This document shows, in pieces, positions 51,965-63,310 of a DNA stretch of 64,000 bases. The translations under genes were made by a program, and so were the position numbers. The stretch lies in contig NC_043001.1 of assembly GCF_006345805.1 (NCBI RefSeq), positions 59,272,001 through 59,336,000 of the forward strand. Direction: 5' to 3'. Each line of letters starts with the position of its first letter. Position 1 is the stretch's first letter. The DNA comes from Octopus sinensis (Eukaryota). The notes below the pieces were generated by a model. It was not told the DNA's origin and ran no database searches. It saw only the letters and a program-made list of their open reading frames with translations.

Positions 51965-54132
51965 CTTTCTTGGGTTCTCGTGATTCGGCTGAGATAACTA
52001 ACTTAGTAGGTGCATATCTATTAAAGTGCATAAAAAGGGAAATCCCGGAATTACAAAGTGGTCTATATATAGGGATGATGCTCTGTTTGTTATTCCTAGT
52101 AATAATAAATCTAGCATTGAACGGATTAGAAAGAAAATTAACAAGTTCTTTAAAGATTTTAACCTTAACATAACTTATGAACCTGGCACTAATTTCCTGG
52201 ATATTACATTAGACCTTAACTCTAATCTGCATTACCCATTTAGAAAAGAAGGTGAAATCGCTATATCACGTGACGTCACGTGACGGACCAGCCCATCAGA
52301 TGTTGCTACACATCGCTGGTCACAATGCGTTCGCATTGTTTTAGCCTTCGAATGACGCCACCTCGCTGACTAAGCGAGCAGGCCAACAAAAGAGTGAGAG
52401 AAAGAGTGATGAAAAAGTACAGCAGGGATCACCACCCCCTGCCGGAACCTCGTGGAGCTTTTAGGTGTTTTCGCTCAATAAACACACACAACGCCCGGTC
52501 TGGGAATCGAAACCGCGATCCTACGACCGCGAGTCCGCTGCCCTAACCTCTGGGACATTGCGCCTCCACGAAATCACTATATACGTAAATAAATTATCTA
52601 ATCATCCCCCAAATATAATAAAATCTTTGGTTAGAAATATTTCCCTAAGAATTTCCAAATTGTCTTCTAATAATGATATATTTAACTCTCACTCTAAGCA
52701 TTATAATACAGCATTATCTAAAGCAGGATATAATCAAGAGATTACCCTTATTGATAAAGAGAGCTTACATATTCCTAATAATGGAGTGAACATTAACTAC
52801 GCAAACATGAATATAGATCACGCCCATAATAAAAATAAAAATAGATTTACGGTGACAACTAATCTAGCATCCAAACCAAATCGTAAGAATAAAAATATGG
52901 ACCAGAGCAAAGTAATTTTGATAGAACTAATTTAGATAAATCAAAAAAGCATACAAATAGTAGTAATAAGAATAATGACTCTGGCGAGATCAATAATAAT
53001 TCAACTAACTCTAACTCTAATTTAAGAAGATATAATCTGGTTCAATGTTCCATTTAACTGCGCGATATTATCGGATATATACGGCGAATTCAAATTAATA
53101 CTACAAAAAAATTTTCCAGCCTCTCATAAATATCATAGAATAATTTCTAAGAGAACGGTTTGGATTTCTTACTCAATCCTCCCAAATATGTCCACTATAA
53201 TAGCTAGAATTAATAATAAAAACATTAAGTTAGCCAGGAATAATAAGACTAATACCAACATGAATACCAATAATAATTGTAATAATATTATCATAGATAA
53301 AAATAAAAATAATAACAACAATAATAATAATTATCAAAATAATTGCAGCATCAACAGCAATATAATAACTAATAATGATATTGATATTAATAGGAATAAG
53401 AATAATGATAATAATATGAGCAATACAAAAAGAAATATCGAGAATGAAGATAACAATGATATCTATAGCAGTAATGAGCATTCGGATATAAATACAAACA
53501 ATAATAATAGTAATACCAAGAATACTGATAAATATGATATGGCTATAGTAGATCTAAATGATAGTGTAAATGGATCGATAAATGATAACACAACTTCAGA
53601 TAATAATATTACCTATAATAACGAAAATAATACTCATAATAATTTGAATAGCAGCAATATGAGAGATCTATCCTTAAATAATTCTAAATCTGAAAATTAT
53701 CCCCCTAGTTGCAATTGTAAGTTTAAGTCAAAATGCCCGGCATCTGGTCAGTGTGGGGTCCATAATGTAATCTATAAATGTACTATAACTACTGCGAATT
53801 GCAAATTTTTTTATCTGGGTTGTACTATAAAATTTAAGCAAAGAATTAGCAATCATCTCTCCTCCTTTAAGTTAGGTCATAAAGCTGGCTGCACCACACT
53901 TTCCAGTAAGATCTGGGAACTCAAAACTAATAATATTAAATATAACCTAAAATGGGAAATAGTTAGAAAGGCAATACCATATAGAAATAATAGGGCAGGT
54001 TGCCAACTCTGCTCCATGGAGACATATGAAATTCTAAAACATAGAAAAAATAAAAACCTATTGAATAACCTTTTAGAGTTAGGTCTGTCTTGTATTCACT
54101 CAAAAATCAAAACTCTAAAATATTTTAAATAG
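51965..54132 (+). pseudogene. PLE RT/EN polyprotein, frameshifted and SINE-interrupted; the EN-containing segment 53188-54132 is still open
   Basis: ORF pieces 51946-52173, 52026-52283, 52570-52935 and 53188-54132 are colinear with a single RT-linker-EN protein. Confidence 0.85.
52267..52569 (-). mobile_element. tRNA-derived SINE inserted in the PLE RT, 13-bp TSD
   Basis: Minus-strand head GTGGAGGCGCAATGTCCCAGAGGTTAGGGC ... GGTTTCGATTCCC. TSD GAAATC(G/A)CTATAT at 52254-52266 and 52570-52582. Removing it restores YPFRKEGEITIYVNKLSNHPP. Confidence 0.9.
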
Positions 54133-55075
54133 AAATCTTTAGGCTCTTCCACTGGTGTTCCATCTTTCTAACTGTACCTTTTTAATATATAAAAATAAAT
54201 AGTATTTGTACGATGCTAATTTTTAATTGACTATATAGTCAATTTGACTAACCTAACTTAAATCATATAAATTTGATAATATTTCCTAATTCTATTCTAA
54301 ATTTAATAAATAATACTATTCCCTTAAGGATACAAGTAATTTTCACTATATACTTTGAATAAGTAAAATTCTCCCTCAATTTACTATTGAATTTATTTGA
54401 CCTCTGGATGTTGACCTAAATTCTTTCTTACAATATATAAACATAAGTTAAAATAGAAACAACAATAATAAATAAATAACCTTCTATTCTAGTGTTACCC
54501 TTAACTTTCTTACTGTATCTTCCTCTACTGATGGCCTTTGACCCCTTTAATGTTTTCCTTTGATCTCTCTGTATTCTTTATCCTAACATTAACTCTGGGA
54601 GTGTCTCAGTTCATAGCTGGTGGTAGACAAACTTTTATAAATCTAAGATTCCTTCAACAATGACCTAGATTTTCTGTCACCACAGAAATAAACTAACCTT
54701 TGTCTGTGGTATATCTAGGCCTTCTTACTCCCCTACTCCCTTCCTCCCATAATGTCCTTTATTTGGACAGAATCTGCTTCGCTGACTTTCTTACTACTAC
54801 AACCAAATTCTGTTTGCAACAGCTTAGTTGTGAAATGAACTGCTGTGTGATCAACAGCTTTCCTCATGTCTCCGGAAGTTATATCTGCATTTTTATGGAT
54901 GGATTCACCTTCTCTGGGAAGTTAACAATCTTTTTAAAAACTTTTATAAAACTGTGCATCATTAGAAAGCAATTTGAGTCTGCTTATAATTTGACTTTAA
55001 ATTTCATAGAACTCACTCCTAATACTTCATGAGGATATACACACTCTCTAAGATGTCTGGAAAACATATATGTGA

Positions 55076-55164
55076 TTTAGCTGATGAATACTGGACATTT
55101 GTATTTGCTGCAATACTTGCAGCTTTAAATAAAATTGTTCTTGGTATGAAACAATTGTACTAAA
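55076..55164 (+). ncRNA. Type I hammerhead ribozyme at the PLE 3' end, with extended stem II
   Basis: Stem I TTTAG (55076-80) pairs with CTAAA (55160-64). CTGATGA at 55081-87. Stem II ATAC...GTAT encloses GGACA/TGTTC and GCTGCAA-TAC-TTGCAGC. GAAA at 55148-51, palindromic stem III ACAATTGT, GTA triplet with predicted cut after 55159. Confidence 0.85.
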
Positions 55165-55197
55165 CTACTAATCCATTCTTGTTGCTTTTTTCTTGGT

Positions 55198-55250
<53 letters not shown>

Positions 55251-55467
55251 CGTCGCAAGAAACGTCGCAAGAAATTTGAAAAGCTACACGCGAAACCGGT
55301 CTTTCTTTTAAATTATGTCATTACAAGAGGAAAAAAAAATCTTTTTAAAACTTTTCTAATATTCTTCAGACATATTGACGCAAATATATATATTTTTTAA
55401 CATTCAAGCCTTCTGTAGTTTTTTCACTCTTTACTATTTTCTATATATATATATATACATAGCGTGG

Positions 55468-55687
55468 AAGGTGTTTATAAGCCATTTAAAAACACATAAA
55501 AACCGTTAGATTCACTTCAACATTTAAATTTAATTAATATTTTCGTCGCTTTGAAACCGTGGGTTGTTCACTGACAAAATTCCGTGCCGCATCTGAGAAA
55601 GTAACAGTTAGTTCATGACAAATTAATTTTAAACTTTGAAGCGAATTTGACGGTTTTTGTGTATTTTAAATGGCTTATAAATACCTT
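55468..55687. repeat. Inverted repeat (~68-bp arms) next to (TA)n; PLE-tail-like
   Basis: AAGGTGTTTATAAGCCATTTAAAAACACATAAAAACCGT pairs with ACGGTTTTTGTGTATTTTAAATGGCTTATAAATACCTT. Confidence 0.85.
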
Positions 55688-55786
55688 ACAATCTGCAGCT
55701 GTTTTTGCTTCAGCACACGATCCCAGATCAAGTCACTTGCTATGCAAGTATATCTCCATAACACACACACACACACAACACACACA

Positions 55787-55862
<76 letters not shown>

Positions 55863-56175
55863 CATATATATAACATTTTTCATATCTTAAATTATGTTTA
55901 ATATAGACAAGAAATTTTGATGTATATTTCTCAGTAAGTGTATATTGTGTGTGTGTGTGTGAACTCGTGTGTGCACGTGCATGTACAAGAGCATATATGT
56001 GCGTGCATGTGATAGAATGGTGGTACATTCTTATAATCTGTTAGATGTCGGTATTTCGTAGTATGTCGTAGCTACAGCATTTGCAATAATGTTAACAACG
56101 ATTTCATGACAAGAAGCGAAAAATCCTATAAATGTTGATTACATGCGTATGTGTGTGAATATATATATATATATT

Positions 56176-56230
<55 letters not shown>

Positions 56231-56239
56231 GTGTATTCC

Positions 56240-56632
56240 TTTTTTCTTTTTTCTTTTATTTGTTTCAGTCATTTGACTGCGGCCATGCTGAAACAACGCC
56301 TTTCCTCGAACAAATCGACACCAGAATTTTATATTTGTAAGCATAGATCTTATTCTATCGTACTCTTTTGCTGAACCGCTAACTTGCTGGGACGTAAACA
56401 CCAGCATCGGTTGTCAAGCGATTGTGGGGGGACAAACACTCACACACAAACTCACAAACACACACACGCACACACACATACGACGGGTTTATTTTCAGTT
56501 TCCCTCAACCAAATGCACTCACAAGTCTTTGGTCGGCCCTGGGCTATAGTAAAAGAAACTTGCCCAAAGTGCCACACAGTGCGACTAAACCCAGAATCAT
56601 GTGGTAAGTAAGCTATTTACAACACAGTCACT
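56240..56632 (-). mobile_element. SINE family B copy
   Basis: TGTTTCAGTCATTTGACTGCGGCCATGCTG ... TTGCCCAAAGTGCCACACAGTG ... CATGTGG. Confidence 0.85.
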
Positions 56633-57139
56633 CATTTTTCTATGATAAATATGGAATACTTCACAAAATTGTGTGTCATTCTTGCGCACTGTAGTGCGCA
56701 GGTGCTCACGACTGAAGTCGAATCAAATAGCTTGAAACCGAGTTAGTCTAGCAATCCTGTTAGCTGCAAGAGGTTAGAAGGTGTTCGTTTCCCCCGCAAG
56801 TGGGTTGGTGTATATTGATGCATAAATCATCAAACTTCAGAACCAAATAGTTCTCTGCACTCATAAGCATTATTTCTTCAGATCTGCTACTACCTACCGA
56901 GCCTTCACAAACTAAAAGAAAGACAGAAAAAGGAAAATGTCCTACCTACTTGAAGACTATGGAAATATTTTCAAGCCACTTCGTTTAATTTGTTGTTCAA
57001 TTTAATTGTTTTTCTTCTTTTAATTTTAGTTGAAAAAATCGAAAACACAAATCCGGTACTAACCTTTACAAAATGTATTTCATGATAAAATTATTTTAGC
57101 GTTTTCTACCTTCTCTTATTTTCCTAATATATATATATG

Positions 57140-57602
57140 TGATAAAATTTTTATAAGAATTTATCAAGTAGCGTGAAAAACCTCATAAGAGAACAATCCA
57201 TCAATTTTTCTCTTAAATATAATTTATTTATATTGAAGGCATTACTATACATAAATGCCGCACGCTAGGAGGGACTCTTAAGTCAAAACTACCAAAATAA
57301 ATAAACACATAGTACCGAATACGAGGGAATGCAACTCGCGAAGTGAGCCTCTTAAAAACAGAATTCAGCTGCATATCATGATTTCACAAAGATATCATAT
57401 GATTTCATAAGATTTCATAAGATATCATATGAAATCATTTGATATGCAGCTGAATTCTGTTTTTAAGAGGCTCACTTCGCGAGTTGCATTCCCTCGTATT
57501 CGGTACTATGTGTCTATTTGTTTTGGTAGTTTTGACTTTAAGACTCCCTCCTAGCGTGTGGCATTTGTGTATAGTAATGCCCTCAATATAAATAAATTAT
57601 AT
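57140..57602. mobile_element. Structured non-coding element with ~162-bp near-perfect inverted arms (57217-57378 / 57440-57602), flanked by (TA)n
   Basis: GTACCGAATACGAGGGAATGCAACTCGCGAAGTGAGCCTCTTAAAAACAGAATTCAGCTGCATATCA and its exact reverse complement are both present. The left part is homologous to 23186-23346. Confidence 0.85.
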
Positions 57603-57635
57603 ATATTATATATATATATATATATATACATACGT

Positions 57636-57671
<36 letters not shown>

Positions 57672-57900
57672 CACACACACACACACATATATATATATAT
57701 GAAAACGGGTTAAGAGTCCATACAAATCAAAGATTATGATTAAAAAGATAAATGAATTTGGGAATGGCACAAACGTATATTTCAGAGAATGTTTAATATT
57801 TTTGTTACACAGAGTGATTTAAAATATTACCAATTTCGATGTATCCATCTTATCAAATATTAAAAAGCATTTCTGTTTTTCCTTCTCCTATTGATAGAAT

Positions 57901-57990
57901 ATGGTCAGTGGTTAAGTGGCTTTTTAAAGGATAGTCAGTGGTTTTTTTAAAGGATGGTCAGTGGTTAAGTGACTTTTTAAAGGATGGTCA
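57901..57990. repeat. Short minisatellite, ~3 copies of GGTCAGTGGTT(AAGTG)...TTTTTAAAGGAT
   Basis: Directly visible. Confidence 0.8.
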
Positions 57991-58261
57991 TTCAAAAGAT
58001 TGGGAAGGAATTATTTTTCATTTGCTTTATTGTGTGCGTGTGTTGTTTTGTTTAAGTATGTGTGCGTGTGTGCCTATGTAGGTGATGAAATGTGTCTTGT
58101 ATATTGTAGTGGATGCATATGTGTGTGTGAGTGTGATTGTGGTATGTTTGTGTGTGTGTTTGCATGATTGTGGTGTGTGTGCGTGTGTGTATGATTGTGA
58201 TGTGTGTGTGGTAGTATCTGTGTGCGTGATTGTTTGTGTTTATGTGAATGATGCATGTGCC

Positions 58262-58550
58262 TGGCCAAAGCGTTGTGAATGGGTTTGATAGACGGAAGGT
58301 GAAAGAAGCCCGTCGTAAATATATATGTATATATCTATGTGTGCGTCTCTGTTTATCCCCCCCAGCACTTGACAACCGATGTTTATGTGTTTACGCCCCC
58401 GTAACTTAGTAGTTCGGCAAAAACAGACCGATAGAATAAGTTCTAGGCTTGCAAAGAATAAGTTCTGGGGGTTGATTCACCCAGCTAAAGGTGATGCTCC
58501 AGCATGGCCGCAGTCAAATGACTGAAACGAGCAAAAAATAAAAGGATAAG
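58262..58550 (+). mobile_element. SINE family B, 5'-truncated
   Basis: AGACGGAAGGTGAAAGAAGCCCGTCG ... CCAGCATGGCCGCAGTCAAATGACTGAAAC. Confidence 0.8.
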
Positions 58551-58798
58551 AGTGTGAGTCGATGAGAAGGCCAGTAGCTGGTGTTCGACCCGGTGGTGAG
58601 TGGCGAGATACGAAGTGAATATGTGCAAGTGGGTGGGTGAGACTGTGTTGATATGTATTTGTTTACATGTTTGCGTATGACGGTGTGGGAATTAGGGTGT
58701 GTGTATGCGTATGAGTGCCTGTGTGTGTATTTATGTGCGTGTGAGTGTGTGTGTGTGTTTATATATGTCCGTATAAAACTATATATATATATATATAT

Positions 58799-60900
58799 AA
58801 AATATTATTCGAGACAAAACCACTATTTTGCAAAACAAACAAGGAAAGACTAATTAATACATAAAATTTTAATAAATAGTCAAAAAAACCGCCACTACAA
58901 TCGTTTCTTGTCTTGATCGACAATCTTCAGGTGGACTTCCAATCTAAAAAATCAATATTTTAAAATATAAAAATAATAATTTTAAAATAATTAAAGTATG
59001 AATGAAAAAATATAAGTATATAATCCATATATAACCTATCTATAATCCATATATAAACAATATATAAACAATATATAAACTAAAAAAACCTATCAACAAT
59101 TAAATATAAAATATAAAATATAAAATATAAAATATAAAATATAAAATATAAAATATAAAATATAAAATATAAAACAAAACAAAAAAAAAATAATAATATA
59201 ATAATAAACTATATATACACCCATACGCATATACCTAATTATATATAACCATATCTAACTACATACACTAAATCACACACCTATATATATATCCCTATAC
59301 ATACACATAAAAATGTCTAGGCAACTATAAATAAATAAAATAGCTAAATACTTCAACACAATACTTATTCATACTCCCACACACACACACATACAACCCA
59401 CATTCACGCTCTAGAAAACGGACATCACTCAAAACTATGAACGGAGAAATGGAATAAATGGAATTAAAAATTATATACACTTGGTAAAACAAACACTACT
59501 TAAAAATTATGAATGAAACAATGCAATAAAACAGCAGACATCGCAAATATACACAAATTACTACAAATTCCTTATCAAACCTACCATGATAACCAAAATT
59601 CATAAAAACATATAATGATAAAATCTCCCTTTACTAAACTCTATAACAAACCTATATAGCAATCCCCCTAACCTAAACATTCACACACAAATACACACAC
59701 GTAAACCACACACCCACGACATATACAAATACCCACACCACTTACACATACCAATACATACATATAAACCTCAACATATACTCCAAAAACCCACTCAACC
59801 CCACACAGACAAATAAACACAAAAATTATGAATGGATTCATTTATAAAACTACCATGATAATCTAAAACTCACAAAACAGAAATGATAAAACCTCCCTTT
59901 ACTAAACACTAAAACATACTTATATAGCAATTCTTTTAACCTATACATTCACACACCAAACCACTCGTAAACCACACACCCATAACAAATACAAACTCCC
60001 ACCCCACTCACACACACCCACAAGTACATATAAGCCTCAACATATACACCAAACAAAATTACTTTACCAAGGAACTTAACATATATATAAAAAGTATAAC
60101 CGCTCTGGAAACGAACATCTCTAAATTAATGAATGGAGAAATGGAATAAATGGAATTAAAAATAAAATTTACGTGGCAAAACGAACACCACTCAAAAATT
60201 ATGAATGAAACAATATAATAAAACAACCAACATCGAAAATAGACAAATTACTACGAATTCCCTAAAAAAAACCATGATAAACCAAAACTCTTAAAAAACA
60301 TATAACGATAAAATCTCCCTTTGCTAAACTCTATAACAAACCTATATAGTAATCCCCCTAACCTAAACATTCACACACAAACACACACGTAAACCACATA
60401 CCCACGACTTATACACATACCTAAACTAACTTATAAACCTCCATATACACCAAAACCCACTCCCTCCCACACAGACAAATTAACTCATACATCCCAAAAC
60501 CTAAATAACAAACCCATATACACATTCACACACAAACACACACACACGCAAAACACACAAACACAACATATACATATACTCCCTCACATATACGCATATA
60601 CATACTCACTAAACTCAATATATACAACAATATTTACACACCCACACTCATACAGATAAATAAATTATACAACTAAAAACTCGCACACAATCTCATATAC
60701 ATAAACACTCCTATGAAAACAACATTAAATACATCGTAATTAACCAGAATATCAAAAATAACAATATGACATAAAGGTAAATAAAATACATACTTACAAT
60801 TCAGTGTCAAATTATGAAGTGAAATTAAATTCTTAGCCGTTAAAAAATCAAACCAAAATTACGTTACCATAGAAATAACTTATGTAATCCATAGTGATAA
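58799..60900 (-). mobile_element. ~2.1-kb non-coding, strand-skewed element with internal direct repeats and a hammerhead near its (TA)n-abutting 3' end (PLE 3' UTR or non-autonomous derivative)
   Basis: The + strand is very A/C-rich and G-poor. Block ~59410-59815 recurs at ~60105-60480, with a partial copy at ~59820-60050. HHR at 58892-58934 and (TA)n at 58780-58798. The 5' boundary is approximate. Confidence 0.6.
58892..58934 (-). ncRNA. Minimal type I hammerhead ribozyme, canonical core
   Basis: Minus strand CCAC CUGAAGA UUGUC GAUCAA GACAA GAAA CGAUUG UA GUGG. Stem I is 4 bp, stem II 5 bp, stem III is the quasi-palindrome ACGAUUGU, and the triplet is GUA. Confidence 0.85.
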
Positions 60901-60922
60901 GATTACACCCACTCACACCCAG

Positions 60923-61096
60923 ATGGGTGAATTGCACAACTAGGGAACGCACACACACACGTGTGCGTTTTTTGATTGTGCAATTCGCCCATATGCATGT
61001 ATGCGGGCGCGATTACATTGTTGCATATATCGAGCCCAAATAGCATGCATATGTACATGTGAGGGGTACACGTAAACGACGTGCGCGTGTACCCCC
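60923..61096 (+). other. Cluster of three consecutive hairpins (structured non-coding segment)
   Basis: First, a ~31-bp stem at 60923-60992. Second, ATATGCATG...GGGC...CGAT / ATCG...GCCC...CATGCATAT at ~60991-61052. Third, GGGGTACACG/CGTGTACCCC at ~61063-61095. Confidence 0.6.
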
Positions 61097-62125
61097 TGCA
61101 GTTATTTATACCCGTGCGTAATATACACATGGAGACTACCACATAGGTACAAATGTGTATAGTAATGGGATACATACACACACATACTCACGCTCACGCA
61201 CACACACACACACACACACATACACACACATATACATCTATATATATAAACTTGGTGTAATTATATACAAGTTACGCCATGAAAAGTGCCCAGTTTGTGA
61301 GCGGCGAATGTGTGCTTAACTCAACCAGAATAAAATCATAATACCACATCTACAATGAAGTGAAAAGAAAAGAGGTAGTTAAATGCCCAATTTAAATGCC
61401 CAATATGTAATTTCTTACATATTTGCTTTTATTATATTATAACACGCCGATAATGAAAATTAATTAACGAATAAACAAATCTATTTGTTGTTTGACAGTT
61501 GTTTGACCAGTCAAAGAAGGAAGATATTTTAAATCAGTCCATTGCATTTTCATCGATCCAGCTGCATAAACGTCGCATTCGATTTTCATTTTTGTCAGTC
61601 CCTTTTTACGCAATTTGGCTGTAGTCAATATATTTAAGCTCTTGGGTATCGCTTTCCTTATTTCACTTGGTTCACGCCAGCAAGATAAGTCGATAGATAG
61701 TACAAGTGATTTTATATATTGAACGAACGGTTCGTGTGTTTCGGAAGACGTATATTTGAAAGAGTGCATATGCATGCGTCCAGACGTGCTTACTGATGTA
61801 AATTTTCTTGTATCTGCGCGTTTGCACACCTGTGCGCCGGCACGCATGTGTCTGTGTGTGTGTCTATTTGTGGGTGTATATGTCTGCCTGAATTTAATGT
61901 TGGGTGTTTGTGCACGTTGCATCTCAGTGAGATTCGAGGTTTAGTGAATATTTAAAAGCATACATTAATACACGCGTGCGTTCAAATGATTTATCATACG
62001 AGTGTTTGTCATAGTCGTGTCATATATACCAATATACTTATATATGCGTATTCCGTATCTTATGTTTGCGCATTCCCATTACCTAGCATAAACATATATA
62101 AGCTTGTGAGTGTGTGTGCGTGTAT

Positions 62126-62169
<44 letters not shown>

Positions 62170-63189
62170 ACGCGTATGTACCTGTTTGTGTTACGAGCTT
62201 TCTTTTACATATTCATGCAGTTAAACATATATTCAGTTTATCTATTTCGTATTCGTTACATTATCCTACGTACATCGGATGACATTTAAATATTAATCTA
62301 TCAATTTTCTCGATTTTTTCTTCTTTTCTGTGTTGTCCAACTCTTTCCATAATTTGTTGCATATTATTTCATTGTATTTGTTTAGTCTTTCGATGGTTTG
62401 TATCGATAAAATATAAAAAAAACTTTATTTTCGTGGTGAATTTTACTTATGTATGCAGTGTTGTTTTTCTGTAGCGAAAAATAAGCTTGATGCATCATAT
62501 CTGGTTATATCAACTTTTCTTTTCCTCCATTTAAGCCGGATTTATACTCCCCCTCCCATGCATATATCATTGTATTGAATTCTACATATATTTATTACTT
62601 ACTTCAATTTGATTATTATAAGAGAATTAACTGGCTATTTCTCGATAAGAATTTTAAATAGCACACAGGAATGCAATTCTATACGATTTGTAAGAAGACG
62701 TGACTAGCAACTTTTGTGTCAATGATGTACTTTAGTTGGTGTGGTAGCACTGTCTCTGAAAGAGGCGAAAAGACGTTGATGCCTACGCTTCTAATGTTGG
62801 CTTCAAATTTTGGCACAAGACAAGCAATTTTGGGGGAGATATAGGTTGATTACAAATAGTAACCAACTGAAAGGGAAATTATATAAAGGAATTTCGGAAG
62901 TGAGTGATACTTTCATTGTTGCAGTTGAATATGATAGTACTTTTATATTGCTAATTGTAGAGCTTTTAGGGAGGGTTCAGTATTTGGTTCATTATTACCT
63001 AAACATAATCTTATAGTGAATTTACAAGATTAATACTTGTGGAAACAAAGTTTTTTTTTTCTCACTTAAAGACACCTTTTCGTAAACTGCTTCGTATTTG
63101 AACAATGTGTTTCAAATAAAATCTACGGAGGCTCTTATACATTTGTGACTCATTCTGCTCCATCAGGGCTCACATTGTGCTAAACAATA

Positions 63190-63214
63190 GCTGCTGCTGC
63201 TGCTGCTACTACTA

Positions 63215-63309
<95 letters not shown>
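63190..63309. repeat. Alternating (GCT)n/(ACT)n microsatellite
   Basis: Directly visible. Confidence 0.95.

Positions 63310-63310
<1 letters not shown>

Larger units (their letters stand above)
51960..55196 (+). mobile_element. 5'-truncated Penelope-like retroelement (RT plus C-terminal GIY-YIG endonuclease, resembling the Hydra clade) with ~1-kb 3' UTR, hammerhead and (TA)n junction
   Basis: RT motifs GSRDSAEITNLVGAYLL, YRDDAL, NFLDITLDL, SNHPPNII and IWFNVPFN. Linker CNCKFKSKC (CxCx5C). Endonuclease VIYKC...YLGCT, FKQRISNH, CQLCSME. HHR at 55076-55164 and (TA)n from 55197. The clade assignment is an inference. Confidence 0.88.

Noticed and set aside
61237-62708. Third Helitron (starts A|TCTATATATATAAA) and the 152-aa ORF at 61464-61922
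   Set aside because: I found no convincing hairpin plus CTAG|T 3' end, and the ORF has no recognisable motif. Left uncalled.
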